Positions 27,103 to 35,595 of a stretch of 37,219 nt of DNA are shown here, one piece after another (position 1 is the stretch's first letter; every line of letters begins with the position of its first letter). Below the pieces are notes generated by a model, which saw only the letters and a list, made by a program, of their open reading frames with translations, had not been told where the DNA came from and searched no databases. The translations under genes were made by a program, and so were the position numbers. The stretch is from Candidatus Marsarchaeota archaeon (GTDB taxonomy: Archaea > Micrarchaeota > Micrarchaeia > Micrarchaeales > CABMGC01): assembly GCA_023379075.1 (NCBI GenBank), contig JAMCSO010000026.1:1-37219 (forward strand), in the 5' to 3' direction.

Positions 27103-27567
27103 TCACCTTCTCTTTCTATCTTTATTAAATACTGCGACTATCTTCTTGAATTCGTTTGGAGACTCAAAATTATGGTATACACTTGCAAAGCGTATGTATG
27201 CTACGGGATCTAGCTTAAGTAGCTCCCTAATAACCCTGTCTCCTATCTCTCTGCTTCCAACCTCCCGCTTTCCCTTGGCCCTAAGGTCCCTCTCTATCTT
27301 TGCGACTACCGCCTCCATCTTTTCCCTACCTATCGGCCTTTTTTCACAGGCTCTTATTATTCCATCGAGTATCTTGTTCCTATCGAAGCCTTCTCTTGTG
27401 TTATCCTTCTTAATCACGGTCATGTTAAAAAGATCTATCTTTTCGTAAGTCGTAAATCTTTTCTTACACGACGAGCACATCCTTCTTCTGCGTATGCTGT
27501 TTCCGTCTATTGCTTCCCGTGAATCAAGAACTTCAGATTCGCTCTTACCGCAGAAAGGGCATCTCAT
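27103..27567 (-). CDS. nrdR: transcriptional repressor NrdR (Zn-ribbon + ATP-cone)
   Basis: 'MRCPFCG...SSCKKRFTTYE' zinc ribbon, then ATP-cone 'VIKKDNTREGFDRNKILDGIIRACEKRP...DPVAYIRFASVYHNF'. Start taken as ATG 27567. Confidence 0.9.
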   Translation of the reverse strand: MRCPFCGKSESEVLDSREAIDGNSIRRRRMCSSCKKRFTTYEKIDLFNMTVIKKDNTREGFDRNKILDGIIRACEKRPIGREKMEAVVAKIERDLRAKGKREVGSREIGDRVIRELLKLDPVAYIRFASVYHNFESPNEFKKIVAVFNKDRKRR

Positions 27568-27600
27568 TTGCACACTACTTGTAGCATTAGACTACTTCAA

Positions 27601-27616
27601 ATACAATATATTGTGT
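27601..27616. promoter_or_regulatory. NrdR-box-like palindrome in the nrdR/rnhA divergent intergenic region
   Basis: ATACAATATATTGTGT matches the bacterial NrdR-box consensus acaCwAtATaTwGtgt at 15/16 positions (perfect 12-bp palindrome at 27603..27614). A weaker half-match, ACACTACTTGTAGCAT, lies at 27572..27587. Confidence 0.4.
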
Positions 27617-27667
27617 ATAAACATTTAAATGGGATGGTGCTTTATAATGTTATCCTGTGGTGATCCC

Positions 27668-28132
27668 ATGATAATAGAGATCTATACTGACGGTGCGTCA
27701 AGGGGAAATCCTGGGAAAAGCGCATCTGGATATCTATTCCTGGATGAAAAGGGAAAGCCTCTTTTCAGCCACGTCTTCTATAATGGAATATGCACAAACA
27801 ACAAGGCAGAGTACACAGCAATAATAGAGGCCCTGAAAACTGCTGCATCCTCCTATGGTAAGGATAATGAGATACGGCTGTATTCTGATAGTGAGCTTGT
27901 CGTGAACCAACTCAGTGGTAAATATAAGATCAGGGAAGCGCACCTCAAGCCTCTATATGGCGAAGCAATTGCCCTGCTTGAGACCTTTTCAGGTTTTTCA
28001 ATCCAGAGTGTAAGGCGAGAAAACAAAAACATTGCGAGCGTTGACCAGGAACTGAATATGCTTCTGGACAGGGTAGAGAAGAATCCTCCATCTTCGCAAA
28101 AGACAAGAGCCGAAAGGCAGCGAACACTATGA
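27668..28132 (+). CDS. rnhA: ribonuclease HI (type 1 RNase H)
   Basis: 'IEIYTDGASRGNPG', 'TNNKAEYTAIIEAL', 'LYSDSELVVNQL' DEDD catalytic contexts. Start taken as ATG 27668. Confidence 0.85.
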   Translation: MIIEIYTDGASRGNPGKSASGYLFLDEKGKPLFSHVFYNGICTNNKAEYTAIIEALKTAASSYGKDNEIRLYSDSELVVNQLSGKYKIREAHLKPLYGEAIALLETFSGFSIQSVRRENKNIASVDQELNMLLDRVEKNPPSSQKTRAERQRTL

Positions 28133-28227
28133 GATTACCAGATAACTTTAAATATCAAATGCAGCCTATTTTTATTGGTTTTGCGGCACTATTTATAAGC
28201 ATTACTTAAAATAAAACGGTATTTTTC

Positions 28228-29736
28228 ATGACAGAGAACAACCCGGACTCCCCAAAGGAAGGCCCGAAATCAGACACCAGCAACGCCAAAGCAAAAGATG
28301 TTTATACTAAGGCTGGTGTCTTTTTCGAACAGAACAAGTTTGAGGAAGCAATAGGGCTATACACAGATGCCATAAATATAGATCCATCTTATGCCAGTGC
28401 CTACTTTAACCGGGCACTGTCCTATGCGATATTAAACAGATACTCTGAGGCCATGGCCGACGCCCAGAAGGTGTTGTCCCTCGAGCCTGAGAGCTTCGAT
28501 GCTCCTTATGTGATGGGCATAATATACGAGTATCAGCATGATTATGAGACTGCAGCAAGCTGGTATGAGAAAGCACTCAGCAGGAATCCGGGCTATGAAC
28601 AAGCAAGAGCCAGGCTTGAACAGATAAAGAATAGGATAACGCCATCGCTTCCGGGTCAGCAGGACCAAGCGATCGCGTCTCCACAAGTACAATCAGATGG
28701 CACTGTGGTACAGGAGGGCCAGTTGAAGAAGGTCAAGTGGCACAAATCAAACATTACCTTTAAGGACGTAGTCGGAATGAAGAAGGAGAAAACCCTAATC
28801 TACGAAAACATAATACTTGCAATAAAGAAACCAGAACTCCTTAAAGCATATGGCAAGAAGATGGGTCTCGGAGTCATATTCTATGGTCCGCCAGGATGCG
28901 GAAAGACTTACTTTGTCAATGCGATAGGCGGAGAGACAGGATCAAAGGTAATGATTGCAAGGATAAATGAGATCGTAGATATGTATGCGGGAAATACTGA
29001 AAAGAACATGCATGCGATATTCGAGCAGGCAAGGAATAACACTCCTGTAGTGGTGTTCTTCGATGAGATAGATGCTCTCGGTGGCAAGCGCGACGGAGGG
29101 GGCGGAGGAGGGGATCAACAGAATTTCATGAGAATGGCCGTAAATCAATTCCTCCAGGAGATGGATGGTGTGGAGAAGAATCCCGAAGGCATATTCGTAA
29201 TAGGCGCTACAAACCAACCCTGGGACATAGATCCTGCGCTAAAGCGAAGCAAACGATTCGGAGAAGCAATATATATACCACCGCCAGACTACAAAACAAG
29301 GAAGCAGGCATTCATATACAACACAAGAAAGATGCCAATAGGCAGAATTAATTTTGGCAGGCTCGCAAGGGCAACGATCGGCTTTTCTCAGGCAGACATA
29401 GAAGAGATATCTGACAAGGCCGCTCTAATACCTGCAGCAGAGGAGGACAGAACTGGAAAGAGCAGGAAGATCCTGATGCGCGATTTCCTTAGGATGATAA
29501 AGACACACGGAAACACGCTGGATGAATGCCTGCTTCCTTGTTTTGTAGTCTTAATAAGCAAGACCGAGACCCAGATTGTTGACGGCAAGAAACAGACAAT
29601 AGTTAAGGAGGGGAAGCTCTCCGCAGAAGAAAAGAGCAAGTACAAAGCCTTAATCAAGGACGTAAAGAGGAATAGCAACCCTATTTATTCCTCAATAAAA
29701 AAGGTCATAAGATACATCTCGCTTTACGCAGTATGA
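28228..29736 (+). CDS. TPR-repeat + AAA+ ATPase (Vps4/katanin 'meiotic-clade'-like ATPase module)
   Basis: Three TPRs near the N-terminus ('AYFNRALSYAILNRYSEA...'), Walker A 'GPPGCGKT', Walker B 'VVFFDEIDAL', and clade-typical 'GATNQPWDIDPALKRSKRFGEAIYIPPPD'. Confidence 0.8.
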   Translation: MTENNPDSPKEGPKSDTSNAKAKDVYTKAGVFFEQNKFEEAIGLYTDAINIDPSYASAYFNRALSYAILNRYSEAMADAQKVLSLEPESFDAPYVMGIIYEYQHDYETAASWYEKALSRNPGYEQARARLEQIKNRITPSLPGQQDQAIASPQVQSDGTVVQEGQLKKVKWHKSNITFKDVVGMKKEKTLIYENIILAIKKPELLKAYGKKMGLGVIFYGPPGCGKTYFVNAIGGETGSKVMIARINEIVDMYAGNTEKNMHAIFEQARNNTPVVVFFDEIDALGGKRDGGGGGGDQQNFMRMAVNQFLQEMDGVEKNPEGIFVIGATNQPWDIDPALKRSKRFGEAIYIPPPDYKTRKQAFIYNTRKMPIGRINFGRLARATIGFSQADIEEISDKAALIPAAEEDRTGKSRKILMRDFLRMIKTHGNTLDECLLPCFVVLISKTETQIVDGKKQTIVKEGKLSAEEKSKYKALIKDVKRNSNPIYSSIKKVIRYISLYAV

Positions 29737-29772
29737 TATCTCTTTTTAAATATTTTCAGAAAAGCAGTAATC

Positions 29773-30246
29773 ATGAAAGAACTCTTTCCATTGAACGTGG
29801 GGATAAGCAAGATACGAGGCATGCTTAAACTAATAAAAGAGAATGGAGGATCCATGGAGCTCTCCAGGCTTTCCAGTTATTCTGAAGAAGACATAGGGGA
29901 TCTAATGCTTCTAATAGAAGCAGCAAACCTCCTAAATCTCTCTAAGGTCAAGAATACTACAATAGTATTGACAGAAAAGGGAAAGTCTCTGACACTTGCA
30001 AATTCCTCAAAGCTTCTAAGAGACGAGATAATAAAGATAGAGCCATTCAAAAGCATCCTCACTGCGGTATCAAAAGAGAGGATGACAACAACCGACATAT
30101 CAGATTATCTTCGGTCTAAAAAGATAATCTTCCATGCCGATGAGAAAACAAATGTCCTACTTATAAAAAACCTGCTGTTAAACTGGTGCATACGCACAAA
30201 GATGCTCAAGTATAATAGCAGAAAAGATCTGTGGTGCGCTTTCTGA
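29773..30246 (+). CDS. stand-alone AAA-associated C-terminal domain protein (COG4754-like; normally fused to or linked with NitT/TauT-type ABC ATPases)
   Basis: 'ISKIRGMLKLIKENGGSMELSRLS...DIGDLMLLIEAANLLNL...IVLTEKGKSL...LLNWCIRTKMLKY' follows the pattern I recall for this domain family. Confidence 0.6.
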   Translation: MKELFPLNVGISKIRGMLKLIKENGGSMELSRLSSYSEEDIGDLMLLIEAANLLNLSKVKNTTIVLTEKGKSLTLANSSKLLRDEIIKIEPFKSILTAVSKERMTTTDISDYLRSKKIIFHADEKTNVLLIKNLLLNWCIRTKMLKYNSRKDLWCAF

Positions 30247-30248
30247 TT

Positions 30249-31013
30249 CTATTTGGCCAGATCCGCATATACTCTGTCCACAATATCTAAGAACTCACTG
30301 CTCCTCTTGTTCCTGGGCCGCCCAAGCCTGACGTTTTCGACTACTTTGATGTGTGTTGGTTTGTCTGAAAGGATGATAATCCTGTCGCTCACCTCAACCG
30401 CCTCTTCAACATTATGTGTCACCATTATAACACAACTAACAGAGATGCTTTTGTTCCTTAGCATCTCTATGACATCTGCCCTCAATGCGCTAGCGGTCAG
30501 CTCATCCAATGCGCTGAAAGGTTCGTCCATCAAAAGTACTCTCGGCTCTGAAGCTATCGCCCTTGCCATTCCAACACGCTGTTTCATGCCTCCGCTAAGT
30601 ACATTAGGATATGAGTCCTCAAATCCCCCAAGCCCGAAACTTTCTAGAAGCATGGTTGCCTTCTTTCTCCTATCCTCTTCACTCATCTCGGTTCCAGACA
30701 AGCCAATTTCCACATTCTCTAAGTTAGTTAGCCAAGGCAGAAGCGCAAAATCTTGAAATACGAAAGAGATGCCCCTAGTCGGCCCATCTATATCCTTTCC
30801 CATATATAAAACGCGACCGCCAGTTTGTGTGATAAGTCCAGCAATTATCCTAAGAAGCGTACTTTTTCCACAGCCAGAAGGCCCCACAAGCGACACGAAT
30901 TCTCCAAAATGTGCTGAAAAAGATATATTATCTATAATCTCTGTGCCACTCTGGCCATATGAGAAAGATACATTCTCTATCTTTAGTATCTCCTCTTTTC
31001 TACTTGTAGACAT
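30249..31013 (-). CDS. ABC transporter ATP-binding protein (NitT/TauT family-like)
   Basis: Walker A 'GPSGCGKST', signature 'LSGGMKQRVGMARA', Walker B 'LLMDEPFSALD', H-loop 'VTHN'. Confidence 0.9.
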   Translation of the reverse strand: MSTSRKEEILKIENVSFSYGQSGTEIIDNISFSAHFGEFVSLVGPSGCGKSTLLRIIAGLITQTGGRVLYMGKDIDGPTRGISFVFQDFALLPWLTNLENVEIGLSGTEMSEEDRRKKATMLLESFGLGGFEDSYPNVLSGGMKQRVGMARAIASEPRVLLMDEPFSALDELTASALRADVIEMLRNKSISVSCVIMVTHNVEEAVEVSDRIIILSDKPTHIKVVENVRLGRPRNKRSSEFLDIVDRVYADLAK

Positions 31014-32556
31014 CAGACACCCTCTTATAGAGTCTTTTCCATATGAACGTATTTATTAATAAGATCATTGCTGTAAGGTTGAGAAGGCCAAGAAGCATCA
31101 TTTCAAAATTCCCAGATGCAAGAGAAAGGTCAAGAAACTTTCCCATACCTATTCCAACTGAACTTATAACACCACTCCCACTGCCTCCTATCCCTGTAGT
31201 AGTGAAATACTCTGCAACGATGCTTGCATTCCACTCCGCAGCTATTGCTGTCACGCTTCCAGTAACTAATCCTGGCAAGAGCGCCTTAATATAAATATTT
31301 TTCCACGCCTTCCACTTCTTCACACCGAATATTTTCTTAACTTCCATTATCTCAGGGTTAAGACTCCTCAGATTTCCTACTGCGCTGAATATCACATACC
31401 ATATCCCGCTAAGAAAGAAGACTGACAAGGCCACAAGCTCACCATTCTTGAGGGAGTATGCAATTGCCGGCAGTATTATTGTTGCGGGAATTGAAGCGAG
31501 AATCTGAAAAAGTGCAAGGTATCTCTGGCCATGCTTTGCTACAAATACGATGTACGCAGACAATGGCACCGCGATAACCATAAATATGGCGAACACCCCC
31601 CACACTCTTACAAACGTAGCCGCAAGGCTAAGGAGAACAAACGATTCCTGGGCAACTATATCTGGATGCTTAAATAGCACATACCCAGAGATCAGAACAA
31701 GGAGAAAGACAAGCGGGTATAGTATGGTCTTAAGCTGGTGTTTATCCGCATCTTGACTTACTTTCTTTATCAAATGCCTCTTTGGTTGATTTGTTCTCTT
31801 CACAAATCCTGCTCCAAAGTAAGTAACCTTCTTTATGAATAATTCATTGATGTCAAAATGATAGCGTTTCCTCTCTTTTTTGTAATTCTCCCTGCTGTAT
31901 CTATATGCATAATTCTGTAGCGGAACGAAGAACAAGAACCTGGTTCCGATAACAAACAGTATGAAGATTATAATACCTAAAATATAACCAAATGTCTGAC
32001 CTCCGCTTGCAAGTCCTGTAAGAGCTATCCCTATCCCATGATGGACTTCATAGGTTGCGTTTCCTGCAGAGAATATCTCGCTTGTAACAAGATAAAAAAG
32101 CCCTATAGACCAGGAAAGTATGGATTGTTCAGTGATCCTTGGCAATGCCGCAGGCGCGTATATCTTCGTCAGACGCTGCAAAGGCCCTAAATGGTAGGTT
32201 GATGCTATCTCAAGGAACTCACTTGGCATTGTCTTTATCGCTTCATAAACTCCAAAGATTATGTTCCATATCATGCTTGTTACTACAAGGAAGATGACCG
32301 CAGCGTTTATCCCTATATATCCTGGCAAGAATCCGACTATCAAAAATATTGCTATGGGGAAGAATGCAAGTATCGGAAGCGTCTGGAAGATATCTACAAG
32401 CGGCAATATTAACTTCTCACCAATCCTCGATCTTGCAGCAAAGATCCCTACGAAAAAGCTTATAATAATGGATATGAATAAAGCAGCAAACATCCTAAGC
32501 CATGAGTATATGGTATCTAATATCAGCCCAGAAAGAAGACCTACAAGCGCAGCCAT
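31000..32556 (-). CDS. ABC transporter permease, duplicated (two fused permease modules; COG4986-like)
   Basis: 518 aa, about 12 TM helices in two similar halves. Its 3' end overlaps the ATPase start by 14 nt, indicating an operon. Confidence 0.8.
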   Translation of the reverse strand: MAALVGLLSGLILDTIYSWLRMFAALFISIIISFFVGIFAARSRIGEKLILPLVDIFQTLPILAFFPIAIFLIVGFLPGYIGINAAVIFLVVTSMIWNIIFGVYEAIKTMPSEFLEIASTYHLGPLQRLTKIYAPAALPRITEQSILSWSIGLFYLVTSEIFSAGNATYEVHHGIGIALTGLASGGQTFGYILGIIIFILFVIGTRFLFFVPLQNYAYRYSRENYKKERKRYHFDINELFIKKVTYFGAGFVKRTNQPKRHLIKKVSQDADKHQLKTILYPLVFLLVLISGYVLFKHPDIVAQESFVLLSLAATFVRVWGVFAIFMVIAVPLSAYIVFVAKHGQRYLALFQILASIPATIILPAIAYSLKNGELVALSVFFLSGIWYVIFSAVGNLRSLNPEIMEVKKIFGVKKWKAWKNIYIKALLPGLVTGSVTAIAAEWNASIVAEYFTTTGIGGSGSGVISSVGIGMGKFLDLSLASGNFEMMLLGLLNLTAMILLINTFIWKRLYKRVSDVYK

Positions 32557-32661
32557 GCTTATAAGAAGAAAAAAAACCTTAAAAAGCTGTTAGACTGATC
32601 GAATAGCAAAAAAGGGAAAAACCTTATATTACTGTCTTCTTTTAGCTTATTGGCGATTGGG

Positions 32662-33645
32662 ATGAAGAAAACTACACAGCAGGTGAGAAAGAGGGTTGTC
32701 AAAACGCAGAGCTCCAAGAAGCGTGGCAGACTGCATATTCCTTTCAGAAAGGCGGTGGACGCCGATGCCGAGACTCTGTTTATACGATACTTAATGGAAT
32801 CTGACTACTGCTATGATGTTAATCCTATATCAAGATACCTGCTGTACAACGCAACTCCGTCAACAAAGAAGCTTGTTTATGGCTTCGGCCACCATCTTGG
32901 AATAAGAATACACCAGGAGTCTGGATCTTCAAAAAATCTCCTGCCTGCGCTCTTGGAAAAAATAGGGGTCGGGAAAACCCTATATATCCCTTCTGCAGAG
33001 ACCTTAATTATAAAGTCAACACCACGAGTAACAATCAACAGCGGTATACTTGCGCATATAATGGAAGCAGGAATCATCTCTGGGTACCTCTCCTCCTTCA
33101 CCGGAGAGACGGTGGCCACTAGGGAGACTGCATGTTCCTTCAATGGCGACGGGCTATGCAAGTTCGAGTCGTACGCCAGCAACACCGATCCTGACTTTAG
33201 TGACAAGCTCGCAGAAATAAGCGAAATCTTGAAGAGCGCCCTCTCTGATGTAAGTGATACTAGAGCACCAACAAACGGATATTATGCCCTCTTATCAATG
33301 ATCCCAATGCTCAGTGCTCCTCTTTCAACAGAATTATCAAAGCTGTTATACTTGGCGGGCTCTATGGCTGCCGAGCATTCTGAAAAAGGCAACGAACGAG
33401 GTGCATTATCTCAAATCTCATATTTTCTGGATCTGGAAAATACCTTCTTTGAGAAAAAAGGGGTTCGCGCATCAATAATACTAAAATATAAACCTTACAA
33501 TTCTAATATTCCATTTATAGACCTTTCAGCGTCAATGTTTGCCGGTTTTGCGAGCAGTATGTTTGGCAGGGAAATCGCTGTCGAGAGTGCTGTTGATAAT
33601 AACAGAAATTATCTCGTAAAGCTCAGTACGGCAGGGCGCATATAA
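32662..33645 (+). CDS. V4R-domain protein with basic N-terminal tail
   Basis: 'GIISGYLSSFTGETVATRETACSFNGDGLCKFES' is the V4R (4-vinyl reductase) hallmark. A second, degenerate V4R-like half follows. Start taken as ATG 32662. Confidence 0.6.
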   Translation: MKKTTQQVRKRVVKTQSSKKRGRLHIPFRKAVDADAETLFIRYLMESDYCYDVNPISRYLLYNATPSTKKLVYGFGHHLGIRIHQESGSSKNLLPALLEKIGVGKTLYIPSAETLIIKSTPRVTINSGILAHIMEAGIISGYLSSFTGETVATRETACSFNGDGLCKFESYASNTDPDFSDKLAEISEILKSALSDVSDTRAPTNGYYALLSMIPMLSAPLSTELSKLLYLAGSMAAEHSEKGNERGALSQISYFLDLENTFFEKKGVRASIILKYKPYNSNIPFIDLSASMFAGFASSMFGREIAVESAVDNNRNYLVKLSTAGRI

Positions 33646-33661
33646 CAAACATGTGTTTCAA

Positions 33662-35104
33662 ATGAAGTTTAACTTCTTAGATTCAATAATAAAGTTTGTA
33701 CCGAGCATTAAGAAGCCCGACAGGCCTCTCTCGCTAAAAGAGAAGCTGAAGTGGACAGGCCTGATAATGACAATCTACTTTGTACTATTCAACACCCCAA
33801 TCTTCGGTGTGAATGAGGCTCAGATACAGAACTCTGTGCTCCAACTAATAAGCATCATATCTGCTTCAAACATAGGCAGCTTGATGACTGTTGGTATAAT
33901 TCCTATAGTGCTATCAAGCCTGGTCCTACAGCTGCTTCAGGGAGCAGAGATCATAAAAATAGACCTTACTGATCCAGAGCAGAAGGGAAAGTTCCAGAGC
34001 ATACAGAAGCTCGTCGCAGTTTCAATAGCTGTTGTTGAATCGATAGTGTATGCGTATGTTGGATACGTTCCAATAATAAGCGGCTTCTTTGTTCTAGTGG
34101 TTCTGCAGATGTCACTGGGTGCAGTGATAGTCATCTTCCTTGACGAAACCATGGTGAAATACGGCGTTACTTCCGGTATAAATCTATTCATAGCTGGGGG
34201 AGTTGCATACTCAATAATAAACGGTACGGTAAGGATCCTTATTCCGGGTGCGGCTACGGCACTGAGTAATGGCGGAGGCATACCTGGAGCAGTACTGGCA
34301 ATAGCCCCTCTCTTCTTCACAGCAGTGGTCCTTATCATAAGTGTATACATCTACGACATAAAAGTGGAGCTTCCACTGGCATTCTCACAGTTCAGGGGGA
34401 TAGGTGGAAGACTTCCAATACCATTCTTATACACAAGCGTAATTCCTGTTATCTTCGCAACAACTTTGTTGCTAAGCTTTACTGTCTGGTTCCGGTTTCT
34501 TGCTGGTGTAACAGGAGGCCTTGCGTCCCTAGCCCACTTCATAGCTTATTATCAAAATATCAATGGCGTGCCAACACTCTCTGGGGGGCTGGTTTATTTA
34601 ATATCCCCTTCATTCCAATTCTCACCGCTGCCTGCTCCAGCAGGGAGTGGATACTATGCATATATTAACAATCTGATAACTGGCACAAGCCCTCTATATT
34701 TCCCATTCGGTGGAATGGTTTTGGTTCCAGAATTGGTGCACATAGTCATTTATTTGGTAGTATTTGTCCTTCTTTGCATACTCTTTGGCAAATTCTGGGT
34801 AGAGATGACTGGACAGAGCCCCAAGAATTATGCATCTCAGCTAAACGAGGTCGGCATGCATATTCCTGGGTTCAGGAGAGATCCTAGAATAATTGAAAAC
34901 GTTCTCAACAAATACATTCCTTCCATAACTGTTCTGGGAAGCGCGTCAGTCGCGCTTCTTGCAGCACTTGCAAACCTGACCGGGGCGTTGGGAAGCGGAA
35001 TAGGCGTGCTTCTTACTGTAGGTATAATGTACATGCTATATCAACAGCTGGAGCAGGATAATCTGACGCAATCAATACCTGTCCTGGATAAACTCATTTC
35101 ATGA
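33662..35104 (+). CDS. secY: preprotein translocase subunit SecY
   Basis: 'VPSIKKPDRPLSLKEKLKWTGLIMTIYFVLFNTPIFG' N-terminus, 10-TM layout, 'GMHIPGFRRDPR' loop. Start taken as ATG 33662. Confidence 0.95.
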   Translation: MKFNFLDSIIKFVPSIKKPDRPLSLKEKLKWTGLIMTIYFVLFNTPIFGVNEAQIQNSVLQLISIISASNIGSLMTVGIIPIVLSSLVLQLLQGAEIIKIDLTDPEQKGKFQSIQKLVAVSIAVVESIVYAYVGYVPIISGFFVLVVLQMSLGAVIVIFLDETMVKYGVTSGINLFIAGGVAYSIINGTVRILIPGAATALSNGGGIPGAVLAIAPLFFTAVVLIISVYIYDIKVELPLAFSQFRGIGGRLPIPFLYTSVIPVIFATTLLLSFTVWFRFLAGVTGGLASLAHFIAYYQNINGVPTLSGGLVYLISPSFQFSPLPAPAGSGYYAYINNLITGTSPLYFPFGGMVLVPELVHIVIYLVVFVLLCILFGKFWVEMTGQSPKNYASQLNEVGMHIPGFRRDPRIIENVLNKYIPSITVLGSASVALLAALANLTGALGSGIGVLLTVGIMYMLYQQLEQDNLTQSIPVLDKLIS

Positions 35105-35126
35105 AGCAATCTAAAAATAGCGTTAT

Positions 35127-35573
35127 TTAGCTCTTGGGGGAAGTATCTTCTATCGCAAGATCATTCTTCCTTCCTCCCCTCTTTTCCTGCTTTCCGGTCC
35201 TGGCTCCGGCAAACAAAAGGTCCAAATCTTCCTGCTTTTCCACATCAATCCACGATTTTATATATATTCCCATATTCTTAAGCGGCTTCGAGTACCTGTC
35301 AGTAAAGCTGTAAATATTATTTTCATGCTTGAGTAAACCAACCCTAACTCCAAAATCCAGATACCTCTTCCACGTTGCCAATGGAAGCATATCCTCGCAA
35401 TCCTTCAGCCTAATCTCGCCCTTTTTCTTAACTGTGGATAAGACAAGGGCGAATCTGAATGCCTTTGTCTCGTTGTCAAAATATATCTTAGCAACATCCT
35501 TTACGCTAGGATCCTTAAGCTTCTCCCTCAATGGAGCATCTTCGAATTCCCAATACTTTAGCATAAAACCCAT
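35127..35573 (-). CDS. hypothetical protein, possible winged-helix DNA-binding fold
   Basis: 148 aa. 'LPLATWKRYLDFGVRVGLLKHENNIYSFTDRY' looks like a recognition helix plus wing. Charged, disordered C-tail. Confidence 0.5.
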   Translation of the reverse strand: MGFMLKYWEFEDAPLREKLKDPSVKDVAKIYFDNETKAFRFALVLSTVKKKGEIRLKDCEDMLPLATWKRYLDFGVRVGLLKHENNIYSFTDRYSKPLKNMGIYIKSWIDVEKQEDLDLLFAGARTGKQEKRGGRKNDLAIEDTSPKS

Positions 35574-35595
35574 TCATCTTTCCAAACAGAAAAAT

